DNA of 64,000 nucleotides from Styela clava (taxonomy: Eukaryota): positions 5,456,001 through 5,520,000 of the forward strand of contig NC_135263.1 of assembly GCF_964204865.1 (NCBI RefSeq), given 5' to 3'. Positions 1 to 10,720 of this stretch are shown here, one piece after another; positions within the stretch are counted from its first letter, which is position 1, and every line of letters begins with the position of its first letter. A program made the translations under genes and the position numbers. The notes below the pieces were generated by a model. The model did no database searches and was not told where the DNA came from. It saw nothing but the letters and a program-made list of their open reading frames with translations.

Positions 1-144
1 ATTGCACCTATGGAAATTTTTTTGTTTCACGGATAGTTAAACCCATACTCACCCTAACCCATGGGTTTTAGCACCCGCATATAGATTGAACCCGTGGATA
101 TACGCATGGGTTCAAATGTACATGGGTTCAAATGTACGGTCACC
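1..144 (-). mobile_element. Partial MITE, same family as 20714-20899, in opposite orientation
   Basis: Near-identical reverse complement of 20714-20860 (catgggttcaaatgtac repeats, accctaaccc motif); ends in ...cggtcacc. Confidence 0.8.
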
Positions 145-446
145 GTTCGAACGACCGCCTCTTTCCCCTCGTTCGTCAGGAATTTCTTTTCGACGCTGAT
201 CAAAGATAAACTTGAGATCAAATATGTTTTTATATGTTTACTTTAAGAAAGATCGTTCGCAATTCGTAGCGAATTAAGTAGCCAATTGTGAGCAATAAAC
301 AATACACAAAGTATGAAAAACATCCCAGCCGAGCCCAACCAACGAAGCAATAAAATCTTAAATTTTTTTTGGAAAATCTCGCCATCACCACAGATAGTAA
401 CACAAGACTTAACATATAATGTTAGCTTTTAATTAAATAATTTAAT

Positions 447-870
447 AAACAAGAGAGCTACGCACAAATATATGGACACGTTAGACCAGAGCGAATCAGT
501 CCTTACCGGTACCTTTTACGCTACCGGTACCTTCAAAAAAGTGAATTTCCAGTAGCAAGAATTTTGCAGAATCGAAACGTACAGCCAGAGATGACACTGA
601 CTAAAATCCGTGTTCCCATGGATAAAAAATAATACAGCAAAATTTTAGACGAAATATCAAATTTCATAGAATTCACGCAAAATTTTGAAATCAATAAAAG
701 TAATAGCCTTCTAGCAAAAAAAATTAATCTTTAACCACTGGAAATTTCAAAGCAATTGGTCCAGTATTCGAGAAAAGCGACTTTTTAAAAACGTGTCAAA
801 GAACAAGAACAACAACAACAACAACAACATAATATTGAAACCATCGTTATGTCCACTACGTGTCCAAAAA
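447..870 (+). mobile_element. HINE/DINE-like non-autonomous Helentron-type element
   Basis: Sub-terminal inverted repeat ggacacgt (~474) / acgtgtcc (~858), internal (AAC)n microsatellite, start in an A-rich tract. Confidence 0.55.
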
Positions 871-3163
871 CACGCCGAGAAAAATATGTGTAATAACGCA
901 AACTACAGCCCGGCATATTTCATATTCAGGCAACGAAAATGTGGAAAGTATTTGCTAGATAGTTGCAGCAAATTTGTTTGCAACCACAACAATTTAGCAA
1001 AACAAACCATGTGTAAACTTCATGTCCAATAAGCATCAATAATTTTGATATGGCGAAAAATAAATTTTTATTGTAGCCTATCCAGAACGGAGTAACATAC
1101 ATTCGGACCATTTTGCAGCGGTTATCACGAAAATCGTGTGTGACCGTCCTTCGTCCTTTATCAAACAAGCCGACGTTGTGCAGTTGTGTATGGGGAATGG
1201 GGGGACCCGCAGGATCTTGCTGATGTTTCGCTATTTTGATGTATGTGGCAGGTATGGCATAGGCTACTAGTACTAATGTATTGAAAAGAACAAATAATAC
1301 GTAATTCAAATCTTAGTGTAACTTGGAATAGTATTCATAATAAAATTTTGGCAAATGATATAAAAACATTCAACAATAAGTTACTACCGGTACCGGTATG
1401 GGGTATTTTACCATTGAAAACAAAACCAGAGATTAAAAGAGTAGCGGGAAATGAATTATGTTTATTATGCAATAATGAACGTGAGTTTGTGTCACATTTT
1501 TATGTCTTGTGAGTTTACCCAGAAAATTTATAATGATTTTGTTTACTTAATTATATTAAAATTGATTAGAATACATTTTGTTATAAATTATGATTTTTGT
1601 GTATTATTAAATTTTAATGAGCCTTTATTTAGTCATATAAGTAGTGTAGATTTAAATGCAATTATTCTTTTATTATCAATAGTTCAATATAAAATTTGGA
1701 TTGTAAATGGGAAATTGTACCATATTTTACTCTACTTAAAACTGTAAAAAGCCGATAAAAATGGCCCTAATGTCAGAATGTGTAGAAGAAGTATAGAAAG
1801 TTCCAGAGTAAACAAACCCGTTGAAAAGGAAATACAGAATTTATGTAAAGCGTTATTTTGAATAGTAAATTACGTAGGTTTATGATAAGTTTTTTACATT
1901 TGCTAATTTTTTATTTTTATTTTATTATATATAAAAAAAAATGAACTAAGATATTTCCTCAATATTAGTACAACAACGATTCTGTACGGTAAATACAATA
2001 GAGAGAGAGAGAGCGAATTTATTATTCTGTCAACCAGAAAACACATAATATAATTTTAACAAAATGAGTGGAACAAAAGTTATGAGGGAGGTAACGATAC
2101 GACCATTTACGGTCATCTTTTTTTTATTGAACTCTTATTTATAAAAAGCTATTTACACTATGTACAAAACGTACCGTAATCTGATTAGAACGAAAATAAA
2201 TTTGAGTTAGTCTGATCGGGATTAAGAATTTATCCCAAAAGTGACATATTTATAACCGTACTATAATTTATTTTTTCTCAATAAAGTTTATTGAATAAAA
2301 AGAAAAATACCTTTCCGAGATTTGAACATAAACGTGATTAAGCCTTCAAATGAGAATCAATCAACTCTATACTGCTTTACGAAAATAATCCTACAACAGT
2401 CAGATAGAACAGATATCAGGATATAGAATATAAAGTATAAACTATAAAGTTACCTGTATACCGGTTCCAATTAAAGCAGATATGAATTATTTACCAACTT
2501 TCGACAAAGATGGGACAAACTAATTTTCGATAATAATTCTATTCTTGCAATAATTTATCGAGCGCACCAAGCGTGAACTTTGGTGATAGGAGTATCAAAA
2601 ATTGCCAAATCTGTCCATCTATTTCACTATTGCGAATTAAAAATATTTATCACCCTCACAGTGAATTTTTAAAATTTTGGACTTTTATAATGTGCTTGCA
2701 GACTTAATTAATCATTGTCGAGATTCAGAGGGCTGGAGGGGTTCGCACGAAGCACACTGGACTCTTTATTGACTAATAAGATATTTTATTCTGAACTAAT
2801 ACCCCTATTTCTGTATTTTGTATATAAGTTTAATAAATTTAGTGATCTTTGCAACTACATTTTAAGTTGGTCTACTTATGGAAAGCTGCCGGGTCTAGGG
2901 CCATTATTTGGAATAAAGTATCTGAATATGGCGGTATGTTATCTTTTAAGAAAAAATTGATCTGGAAATGGATCATATTATGGTTTTTCCGCAGTGGCAA
3001 TGATCAAACATTCTGATATTGTGTTGATGATGAAACTTTTGAGTGTGGCATGGGTCGTACAAGTGTTTTAAATTGCAAAATTGATGTTGTGTTTCAGCAG
3101 GTTTACTGTTTACAGACCATTGGCCTCACAGACATCTCATCCCTGTGATTTTTTCAGTCATAT

Positions 3164-5577
3164 CGACGCATGAAATCCAAACTGGGCTAAGTCCATTTTT
3201 CTAGTTTTGAGAAAAACGCAAAAAACGTTTTTTTTTTGTTTCTTTTTTTTATTTCTCTAATACCTTACATCGAGGATGTCTAGTTTTTATGGTCCACCAA
3301 AGTTACAATGAAGGCCATATTTGAGTGGTATAAAAAAATTTGTGTTGCCCCCCAAATTTTTTTGGGGGGGAGTTTTTTGGACCTGGGCCATTTTTTGCTC
3401 TCGATTTTCTGAACCAGAATTTTTTTATTGGACTTAGGGCCCCTTTATTATGCTATTATAAAGGCAACTTGTCATTGATAAACGTCAATAATTCCCTTTT
3501 ACAATGTTTTTGACACTTTTTGTGAGCTTATCTCCACGTTAGAAAATATTTCTGCTCCTGAATCTTGCTGACAATAGTTATCTAGCATCCAATTTTTATC
3601 AGACTGCTATTGCTACTGATTACTGCATTTTTTATATTATATTCCTTCTCATAACCATTGCCAACTAAATTACTAAACAAAGTTAAGAAAGAAACTGTTG
3701 TAAATTCTCAATCAGGAATGGTCAAGAAAAATAAAAAAAAATTAAATCAAGCCCAATATGTAAAACTGTTTTAAATTATTTTAATTTTACAAAAGTTTGA
3801 GCTAGTGTTTCTGCTCATGAAATCTAACTTTCATCAATTACTGGAAGCAATTCGTAGAATGCCTTGTGGTTTGTAGGGATTAAATTCTTATTACATAATG
3901 TTGTCAAACTCTTGTATTTCTCCCTGCTGACTCTTTTATATTCTGTCTTTTTTGTGTTGCTGGTCTTGCTGACTTTAGAACCAAAGAGTTCTAAAAGAGC
4001 TCCTCACCGAATGGGCTGTGTCATTCTCATTTTGAGAATGACCTGTAATTAGAAAATTAAGTGTTATTTCATCGAAATGCAGCTCCTCTATAGCATAGAG
4101 TAACATCACAATCATAGCTCTGTTATTATTTTGTCCACTGCAGCGGTCACAGAAAAGTTGCACAGTCTTCACTGCTGTGGTGAGAGAGGACAGGTATCAA
4201 AACACTGCAGTCGCTATTTTACAAGAGCTTTTTCACCCTTATACTTCATTCCAAAGATAGCAACTCTTGTGCATGGACTGAATGTCAGTTACTGTAAAGT
4301 TGAAATTTTTCAGCATTTGTGTGTAGTAAAAGGAGGACACTTGTCCACAAAGACAAAGAAGAGTTTTCTGAAGGTCAAAAGCTGCCACATGAAGTGAAGA
4401 ATCTGTTGTGGTTTTTTCTTTCATTTCCCTCTTCATTGAACGCACCATGTCCTTTTCTTGGATATGCTTAGTTTGATTTTCGAAATCTTCGTCAGTCAAT
4501 AGAGATTTTTGCATTTTTTGAAAGCTGAAAGCATTGATCACACACATCTATTTTAGGTCGGTGAAATTTAAGATTGAATTTTTCATTGGATATGCGTAAA
4601 TAAAAATCATATGATTCAACTGCAGAGCTATTTTCTTCGCACCAAATCTCATATATTTCATACATTTGTCGTACAGTCAGATACTCATGAAGATATTCCC
4701 ACTGACTGTCTTTTCTCAAATAATGTGATTCAACAACTGGAAACAATTTTATATGAGTTATAAATGGCTCCTGCCTTTCCCTGGTGACTTTGTTGTGGTC
4801 ACCATATCTTCCTCACATATCTTTCTCCAGTGAACCAGTGATGTTTCCACCCTTTTCTTGCTTATATTCGGGGGAATCTAAAAAAAGTTATTACACACTT
4901 GCACCAACTCGTTGCTTTCTGGATTTAAAAAAGTGTAGACTCTGTTGACTTCCTGATTACGTTTTTGATCAGTCTTAGTATCTTTTCTCGGACTGCATCT
5001 CATTTTTTGTATGTACTGAGACAATCATATTCTGGTTAGATTTCTTATCAGATGGGATATCGTAACTGAGTAAAGTCTTCTGGCTGGTTCACACTTTGCT
5101 TGGCTTTGCTTGAAAGATATATTTCCGACTCGAAAATTCCATAATTATGTAAATTTTAATAATTTAAAAACAGCAGTTGGAAAGTGGTTATGGCAATGAA
5201 TAATAACTTTCTCATTCCCTCTACTGTAAACATAAAAAACAGCTAACACTGAGCTATGACTGAGAGCTGGTATGGACTTAGCGCTTTCTATTATATTTAA
5301 CTCAAATTTTTGGGAGGAGCTATGTCCAAAAAACGGACTTAGCACCGACTTACAATGCAGTTATCCAGAGCTAAGTCCACTATAGCAGACACAGCTCTGT
5401 TTAGTTCTCAAATGCCCTAAAAAAAGCAGGGTTATGTCCATAGCTATCTTGAGATCTAGAGCACCTAGAGATAAGGCAAATAGACCAAAATGTAGAGCTA
5501 AGTCCAGGAAAATCAGCAGTTGGAAAATGTCGTTTTTGGGAAAAGTGGACTTAGCACTGTTTGGTTTTGATGCGTCG
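3164..5577 (-). mobile_element. Sola1-type DNA transposon, both ends intact, transposase decayed
   Basis: ~37-bp imperfect TIRs (cgacgcatgaaatccaaactgggctaagtcca / reverse complement cgacgcatcaaaaccaaacagtgctaagtcca). ATAT TSD at 3160-3163 and 5578-5581 (AWWT). Repeated sub-terminal ggacttagc/gctaagtcc motifs. Confidence 0.85.
3975..4746 (-). pseudogene. Frameshifted Sola1-like DDD transposase
   Basis: Consecutive broken ORFs carry ESHYLRKDS..EYL, KFNLKFHRPKIDVCDQC, FDLQKTL..SSFYY..LKNFNFTV..CYLWNE, DRCSGQNNN and FLITGHSQNENDTAHS. Confidence 0.85.
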
Positions 5578-6017
5578 ATATGATGGTATGAGACTATTTA
5601 ATTTATGACTTCAATAATCTGTGACACCTATGTAACCCTAACTACAGAACTATGCACAAATGTTCTATAAATCCTTATGTATTTATATAATAATACATAT
5701 GAACAAAACTCAAAGTGAATGTGGAATAACTGAAATAAAGTCATAACATTGCAAAACATAGTGAATAGCTCAAAACAGAGGGCAGAGGGAAACAGCAAAT
5801 ACCTGTTACCAGTTTTGCACAGTTTCCCTTTGTTTCCCCCTTTTTCCGCAAATAGTAAGACCCAATATGAAACAAGTTTGCATATACCCATATAATCAGT
5901 CCCATATTTATTCGTACCATGTTTATTCATAATATTGTGGCATTATATACTTTAATACTTTTTCATTGCTTTTCTCTATACTAGTATAGTAAGGTTTAAA
6001 ATAGGAATCCAGTCAGA

Positions 6018-6398
6018 ATGTCTTCTTGTGGGACTTCAACTGGCAATATTGCAAAGGAGGGAGAAGAAAAATTTGGCTACTGGAAACAATTAGTTGAAAC
6101 TGGATTCGGAGGTCTTCAAAACTGGCCAAAAATGCGTCCACTGGAAAATGATTGGCAACGTCCTGGTTTAGCTTATGATAAGTGTGACATCGAAGTCATG
6201 GCTATGGAAATTTGTCGTCTGCACAATGCAGATAATCATAGACGTGTCCAGCAAGTGTGTGCGAAAGAACTTACAGACTTGATGGAATGCACATATCCTC
6301 TTAATCGATGTAAAAATGAAAAAAAGCTTATCAAAGCCAGTGCATTAGCTTTTGATCCTATACCTTCATTGCAAGCTGGATTTAATTGGAAATATTAA
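6018..6398 (+). CDS. Small twin-CX9C (CHCH-like) protein, putative mitochondrial; family unassigned
   Basis: 126-aa ORF with C56-X9-C66 and C81-X9-C91. Pyrimidine-rich acceptor just upstream (~5984) and AATAAA at 6548-6553. Confidence 0.7.
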   Translation: MSSCGTSTGNIAKEGEEKFGYWKQLVETGFGGLQNWPKMRPLENDWQRPGLAYDKCDIEVMAMEICRLHNADNHRRVQQVCAKELTDLMECTYPLNRCKNEKKLIKASALAFDPIPSLQAGFNWKY

Positions 6399-6771
6399 AT
6401 TTTGAACTATTGATTCAGAGTTTCATCTAGGACTGGTCATTTATCATTAATTTTTGATTTTGCTTTAGTGTTCATATTTGATCTTTTTGAAATATAGGAG
6501 ACTGTTGTAGTGTGTTTATATACCCTTGGCACGACATTTCAGATATGAATAAATATTCCTTCATTCACTTTGTAATAGTTTTTTTTGGGGTATCGTATCA
6601 TATTGAGTTTATATTATAGACCTAGCTGGATTTTCATTCAGCATAGAGTAAACTCTGAACATTTTTGTAGATATATATCAGTCCTACGATTTGTCTGATT
6701 ATTTTTTTTAAATTATTCTGGTTCCGATCACATTATAATATCCTTAAGTGTGTTTATCTCTAGATTTTATA

Positions 6772-8286
6772 ATGGAAACAGTTAAATCATTATTCGAAAG
6801 ACTTCAATATGATGAAAATCGTCTTGCTGCCCTTTTGGACGGAAAAACTTACTTAGTAAACGTTAAGCCCACTACTTTGAAGGGAATAATAACAGCTCCG
6901 GATATTGCTTTACTTTTTGCTTGTTTCGATACGCAAAATGTAGAACAAATTTCAGCTGTTATCTTCATATTGAAGCTATTATTGCCAATAGTTGATGTTG
7001 GGGCAAAATTGGAAGTTTTATCTCAGCATTTATGGAATGGTTTGAATCATTCCAACAGCTCCGTCCAACATTTATGTCTCGGTGAGCTTCGGGAATGCTG
7101 CGTAACAGATATAGGCAACCGTGCGTTAATGGAAGGCAAAAATGTCATTGCAAAAGTAATAGAACTCATTGGGGATGATGACATGTCAATAGCTCATTCT
7201 GCAGTCCAGTTTCTTTCTGATTTTGCGTCATATTCTATCAATGCAGCAAAATTTCTTCTTCAAGGAGAATTGCTGGAAAAGTTTCAGGCAGTGATGAGAA
7301 AGAATGATAACGTTCGTTACAGAGGATATGATGTTATTGTGAAAATTCAATCTAAATCTATTGAACATTTATCTGTTTGTGATTCTTCTGGTTTGCTTCG
7401 CAATCTTGTTAATGAGCTGATGGGAGATGATGTATTAATTAAAGTTGTCTGCGTGTCAACTTTGTCTGAAATGGCACTCAGGAAACACAGTTTGCAATAC
7501 TTGAATAAGAATGGAGTTGTCAACAAATTGATATCAATGATTACAAATGTTGCCTCTGATCCATTGGCCGATTTATATATGCCAGAAATTGTGAAGTTTT
7601 TTGGAAAAATGTCGTATCAAGAAGGACCACAGCATGTTATACAAATTTTTCCACAATTTTTGGACACCTTGTTTTCACTTGTTGATGAATTTGATTTGGT
7701 GAAGAAAAAAATTGGAATTGAAACTTTGGGATTCATTGGACAAAGCATGGAGGGCAAAAATGTTCTTGCAAAGGAGGGAAACCGCACCAAAGCGGCAATT
7801 ACTGAAATTGGAAAGATTATATGCACAGAGGGAAGCGATTTGAGACTGATATCTATAAATGCAATGTGCCAGTTATTGGATATAGCTCCCTTGGATCAGA
7901 CTGAAGATATTGTAGCTTTATTGGCACAATGGTTTCGTTGCATCTCATCATCTCCCATTGATGCAATTTTGTTTTTATGTCGCCAGCCTTTCACAAGTGT
8001 AAAATGTGCCGGATTTCATTTGATAAAAACTATAGCGAAATTAGAGTTTGGAATGGCTGCTATGGTTGAGTTCCCCACTTTTGTGGAATTCATCCTCGAT
8101 CGATCGTCTGATAATAATAAAGAATCTAAAGATGCAAGATTTGAAGCAGTAAAAGCAATTGCAGAATCTCCCCAATGCATGCATATCTTTGGCAACAATA
8201 ATTATTTAAAGTTTCGTTCTTATGTTCTTGAAGGACCATTATATGAAGAGATGGTCAGTCCTGAGGTCGCAATGGAAACATCTTAA
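6772..8286 (+). CDS. PSMD5: 26S proteasome non-ATPase regulatory subunit 5 (S5b assembly chaperone), intronless
   Basis: 504-aa ARM/HEAT-like ORF from ATG 6772 (acceptor ctctag at 6763). Motifs include VRYRGYD, CRQPF, FVEFILDRS, KESKDARFEAVK and YVLEGP. Confidence 0.9.
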   Translation: METVKSLFERLQYDENRLAALLDGKTYLVNVKPTTLKGIITAPDIALLFACFDTQNVEQISAVIFILKLLLPIVDVGAKLEVLSQHLWNGLNHSNSSVQHLCLGELRECCVTDIGNRALMEGKNVIAKVIELIGDDDMSIAHSAVQFLSDFASYSINAAKFLLQGELLEKFQAVMRKNDNVRYRGYDVIVKIQSKSIEHLSVCDSSGLLRNLVNELMGDDVLIKVVCVSTLSEMALRKHSLQYLNKNGVVNKLISMITNVASDPLADLYMPEIVKFFGKMSYQEGPQHVIQIFPQFLDTLFSLVDEFDLVKKKIGIETLGFIGQSMEGKNVLAKEGNRTKAAITEIGKIICTEGSDLRLISINAMCQLLDIAPLDQTEDIVALLAQWFRCISSSPIDAILFLCRQPFTSVKCAGFHLIKTIAKLEFGMAAMVEFPTFVEFILDRSSDNNKESKDARFEAVKAIAESPQCMHIFGNNNYLKFRSYVLEGPLYEEMVSPEVAMETS

Positions 8287-9306
8287 AAAATATGCTCAGT
8301 ACTAGCTTGAGCTTTAAGTACACCTCGCCCTTACGATAAGGAGCTAAAGTGAACTATAATTGAGATTGAGATAATTGAGCCCATCTGAAACATTATTTTT
8401 GTGATAATTCTGTGTTTGCTTTTACGTTTAATGACCGCCTGCTATAACACCTAATGTAGTAACATTAATAATACCTTGTTATAAGGTGTTTGCTCACTTA
8501 AACTCAAAACGGGATTCGTTGCAAATTGCAAGCAGCAATTGAATGCACTGATTGTCGTGTTTCGAAAGATCAAAAATTTTATGAATCAGCATATCTGAAA
8601 TGGTGACCACAGACTGCATATTTTTCATAAACTTGCTGGGAACCTGACAACTTGCAATGCTAAATCAAATATGACAGCAGGATCTATGTCATGACACTTT
8701 GGACAATAAAATATATGTTTGAAGTTTGGACATACCATGCATTATTTAATGATGGGTGATCAGTCTTATAGAAATATTGCAAATTTTGTATAAATTTTTT
8801 CGAATGTATTATCGAACACAAAGTTGATTTGAAAGTTATGTTTGGGACCAAAATTTATTTTCTTCCTATCTGCTGGATCACTCAATTTCAAATATTCGCA
8901 GTTGAAAACGAAAGTTTCTTCTTCAAAAATATCTCTTTCAATTTTGTCATATTTACTCTAGGCATTTTTTGATTTAATATGAACAGGTTTTAAAAAAAAT
9001 GATGCCATGTGGCTGTGTCTTTATATTTGAACATTGCTATTTGGCCATATTTTCAAAGCTATTTATTCTGATCTTTGCGCTATATTCCAAAAGATTTTGC
9101 GGTATAATTTGCTCAAGTCGCATATAATAAAATCATCATTATTTAAGTTGCTAATACACTGCGTTTTAATGCTGCCTTTAGTGTCATAATACAGAGAATG
9201 TCTTTTGTAGCAATACGTAATCTACCGTAACTTTTATTTTAACTTTCATTTTAGAACTCCTGTTTATATCTAATGTCACATTGAATGGTTTAAATTTTCA
9301 TCAGTC

Positions 9307-9936
9307 ATGCTTCTAATAATAAATCGTGGTTGTTTAACCAAATACTGTTCCATACTGAGGAGTAGTTCGTTTTGTACCTCTTCATGCACTCGTCAAGTTA
9401 AGGATGCACAAACCAAAGCTATGTATGATAGAATGATCAGAGTCGATCATGCAGGGGAACTTGGTGCCAATCGAATATATGCTGGACAGCTGGCTATTTT
9501 ACGTAAAACTGATGTCGGCCCAATCATTGAAGAAATGTGGGAACAAGAAAAAGTTCATTTAGCAAAATTTAATGAACTTATACCTAAGCATAGAGTGCGT
9601 CCCACTGTATTAACTCCAGTATGGAATGTTGCAGGATGGGTACTAGGTGCTGGAACTGCCCTTATGGGGAAAGAAGCTGCAATGGCTTGCACTGTAGCTG
9701 TTGAAGAAACTATTACGGAACATTATAATGATCAACTTCGAGAACTTTTAGCAAGAGAAGATTCCTCCGAGCATGAGGAACTTCTAAGCACAATCAAACA
9801 GTTTCGTGATGAGGAAATGGAACACCATGATATAGGAATTGACCATGATGCACTAAATGCACCTTTTTATTCAGTTTTGAAAAATGTAATACAAGCGGGA
9901 TGCAAGGTTGCAATATTTGCATCTGAAAGAATTTGA
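9307..9936 (+). CDS. COQ7: 5-demethoxyubiquinone hydroxylase (di-iron), mitochondrial, intronless
   Basis: IRVDHAGELGANRIYAGQ, EKVHL, AMACTVAVEE..TEHYNDQ and FRDEEMEHHD; basic/Ser-rich N-terminal presequence. Confidence 0.97.
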   Translation: MLLIINRGCLTKYCSILRSSSFCTSSCTRQVKDAQTKAMYDRMIRVDHAGELGANRIYAGQLAILRKTDVGPIIEEMWEQEKVHLAKFNELIPKHRVRPTVLTPVWNVAGWVLGAGTALMGKEAAMACTVAVEETITEHYNDQLRELLAREDSSEHEELLSTIKQFRDEEMEHHDIGIDHDALNAPFYSVLKNVIQAGCKVAIFASERI

Positions 9937-10592
9937 CATCCGTAAATGGAGATTTGAACTTATAGAAAATCAAAAGCGATAATTTATTTTTTTCGACTGC
10001 CTCCATGCTATATGCCAGACCAAAACTGAATTCTTTTTCAATTTCGTAAATTCACAAATAGTCAAATACATCGAAAAACACTGTGCAAGTTACTAATCAA
10101 TTATTCAGTTACCAATCTTGGATGCATGGCATAATAGTTAATGTTCTTTTTCTAAAGTGATGCCAATAGCGAAATACTTGAGCGGAAATTCTACGAAGTT
10201 GCGAAATTATTGTATCATGATTTTAAATGCTTATAGCGATGGTTTTGCTATTAGTTATTGAAACCTAGTGTTTATAATGTGACCAAGCTCGCAATTTTAA
10301 TTCAGGTAATACTTAATTGTAACCCTTTTCGATAAAAACAAACAGGAAAAGCAATTTCACTTTTTTGTCTTTATTCAAGGATGTTCCCTCAACAATCATG
10401 TAGTTAATAAATATGTTTTGAGAGTGCGAGGAATGGTAAAAAATTTGATATATAATATTTGAAGCTGATAAAATCATGCTTCTATACATCCAACAAAGTT
10501 ATATACTCAGTTGGCAGTTGGCGCATTACAAATAATGTAATACTGGTATTCAAATCTACTTCAATTATTTTATTAATTAATATAGTTTCTCG

Positions 10593-10653
10593 ATGTGAAG
10601 TAACACTGCGATCACTTTTATAAATGTGAAGTAACACTCCGATCACTTTTAAA
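10593..10653. repeat. Two-copy ~31-bp tandem duplication
   Basis: atgtgaagtaacactgcgatcactttta / atgtgaagtaacactccgatcactttta. Confidence 0.85.
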
Positions 10654-10720
10654 TTTCTTTTTGCTTTCCTTTTTAGCATATTATTTAAGATGGTTATATT
10701 TGTACGTATTGATATGAAAT

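Noticed and set aside
5628-5930. 100-aa minus-strand ORF
   Set aside because: Low-complexity, repeat-like sequence with no motif or splice support
6748-6771. Non-ATG N-terminal extensions in the ORF track for PSMD5 (also NOP10 33695 and WAVE-like 45476)
   Set aside because: GTG/TTG starts reflect a bacterial-style ORF caller; the first in-frame ATGs give family-typical lengths
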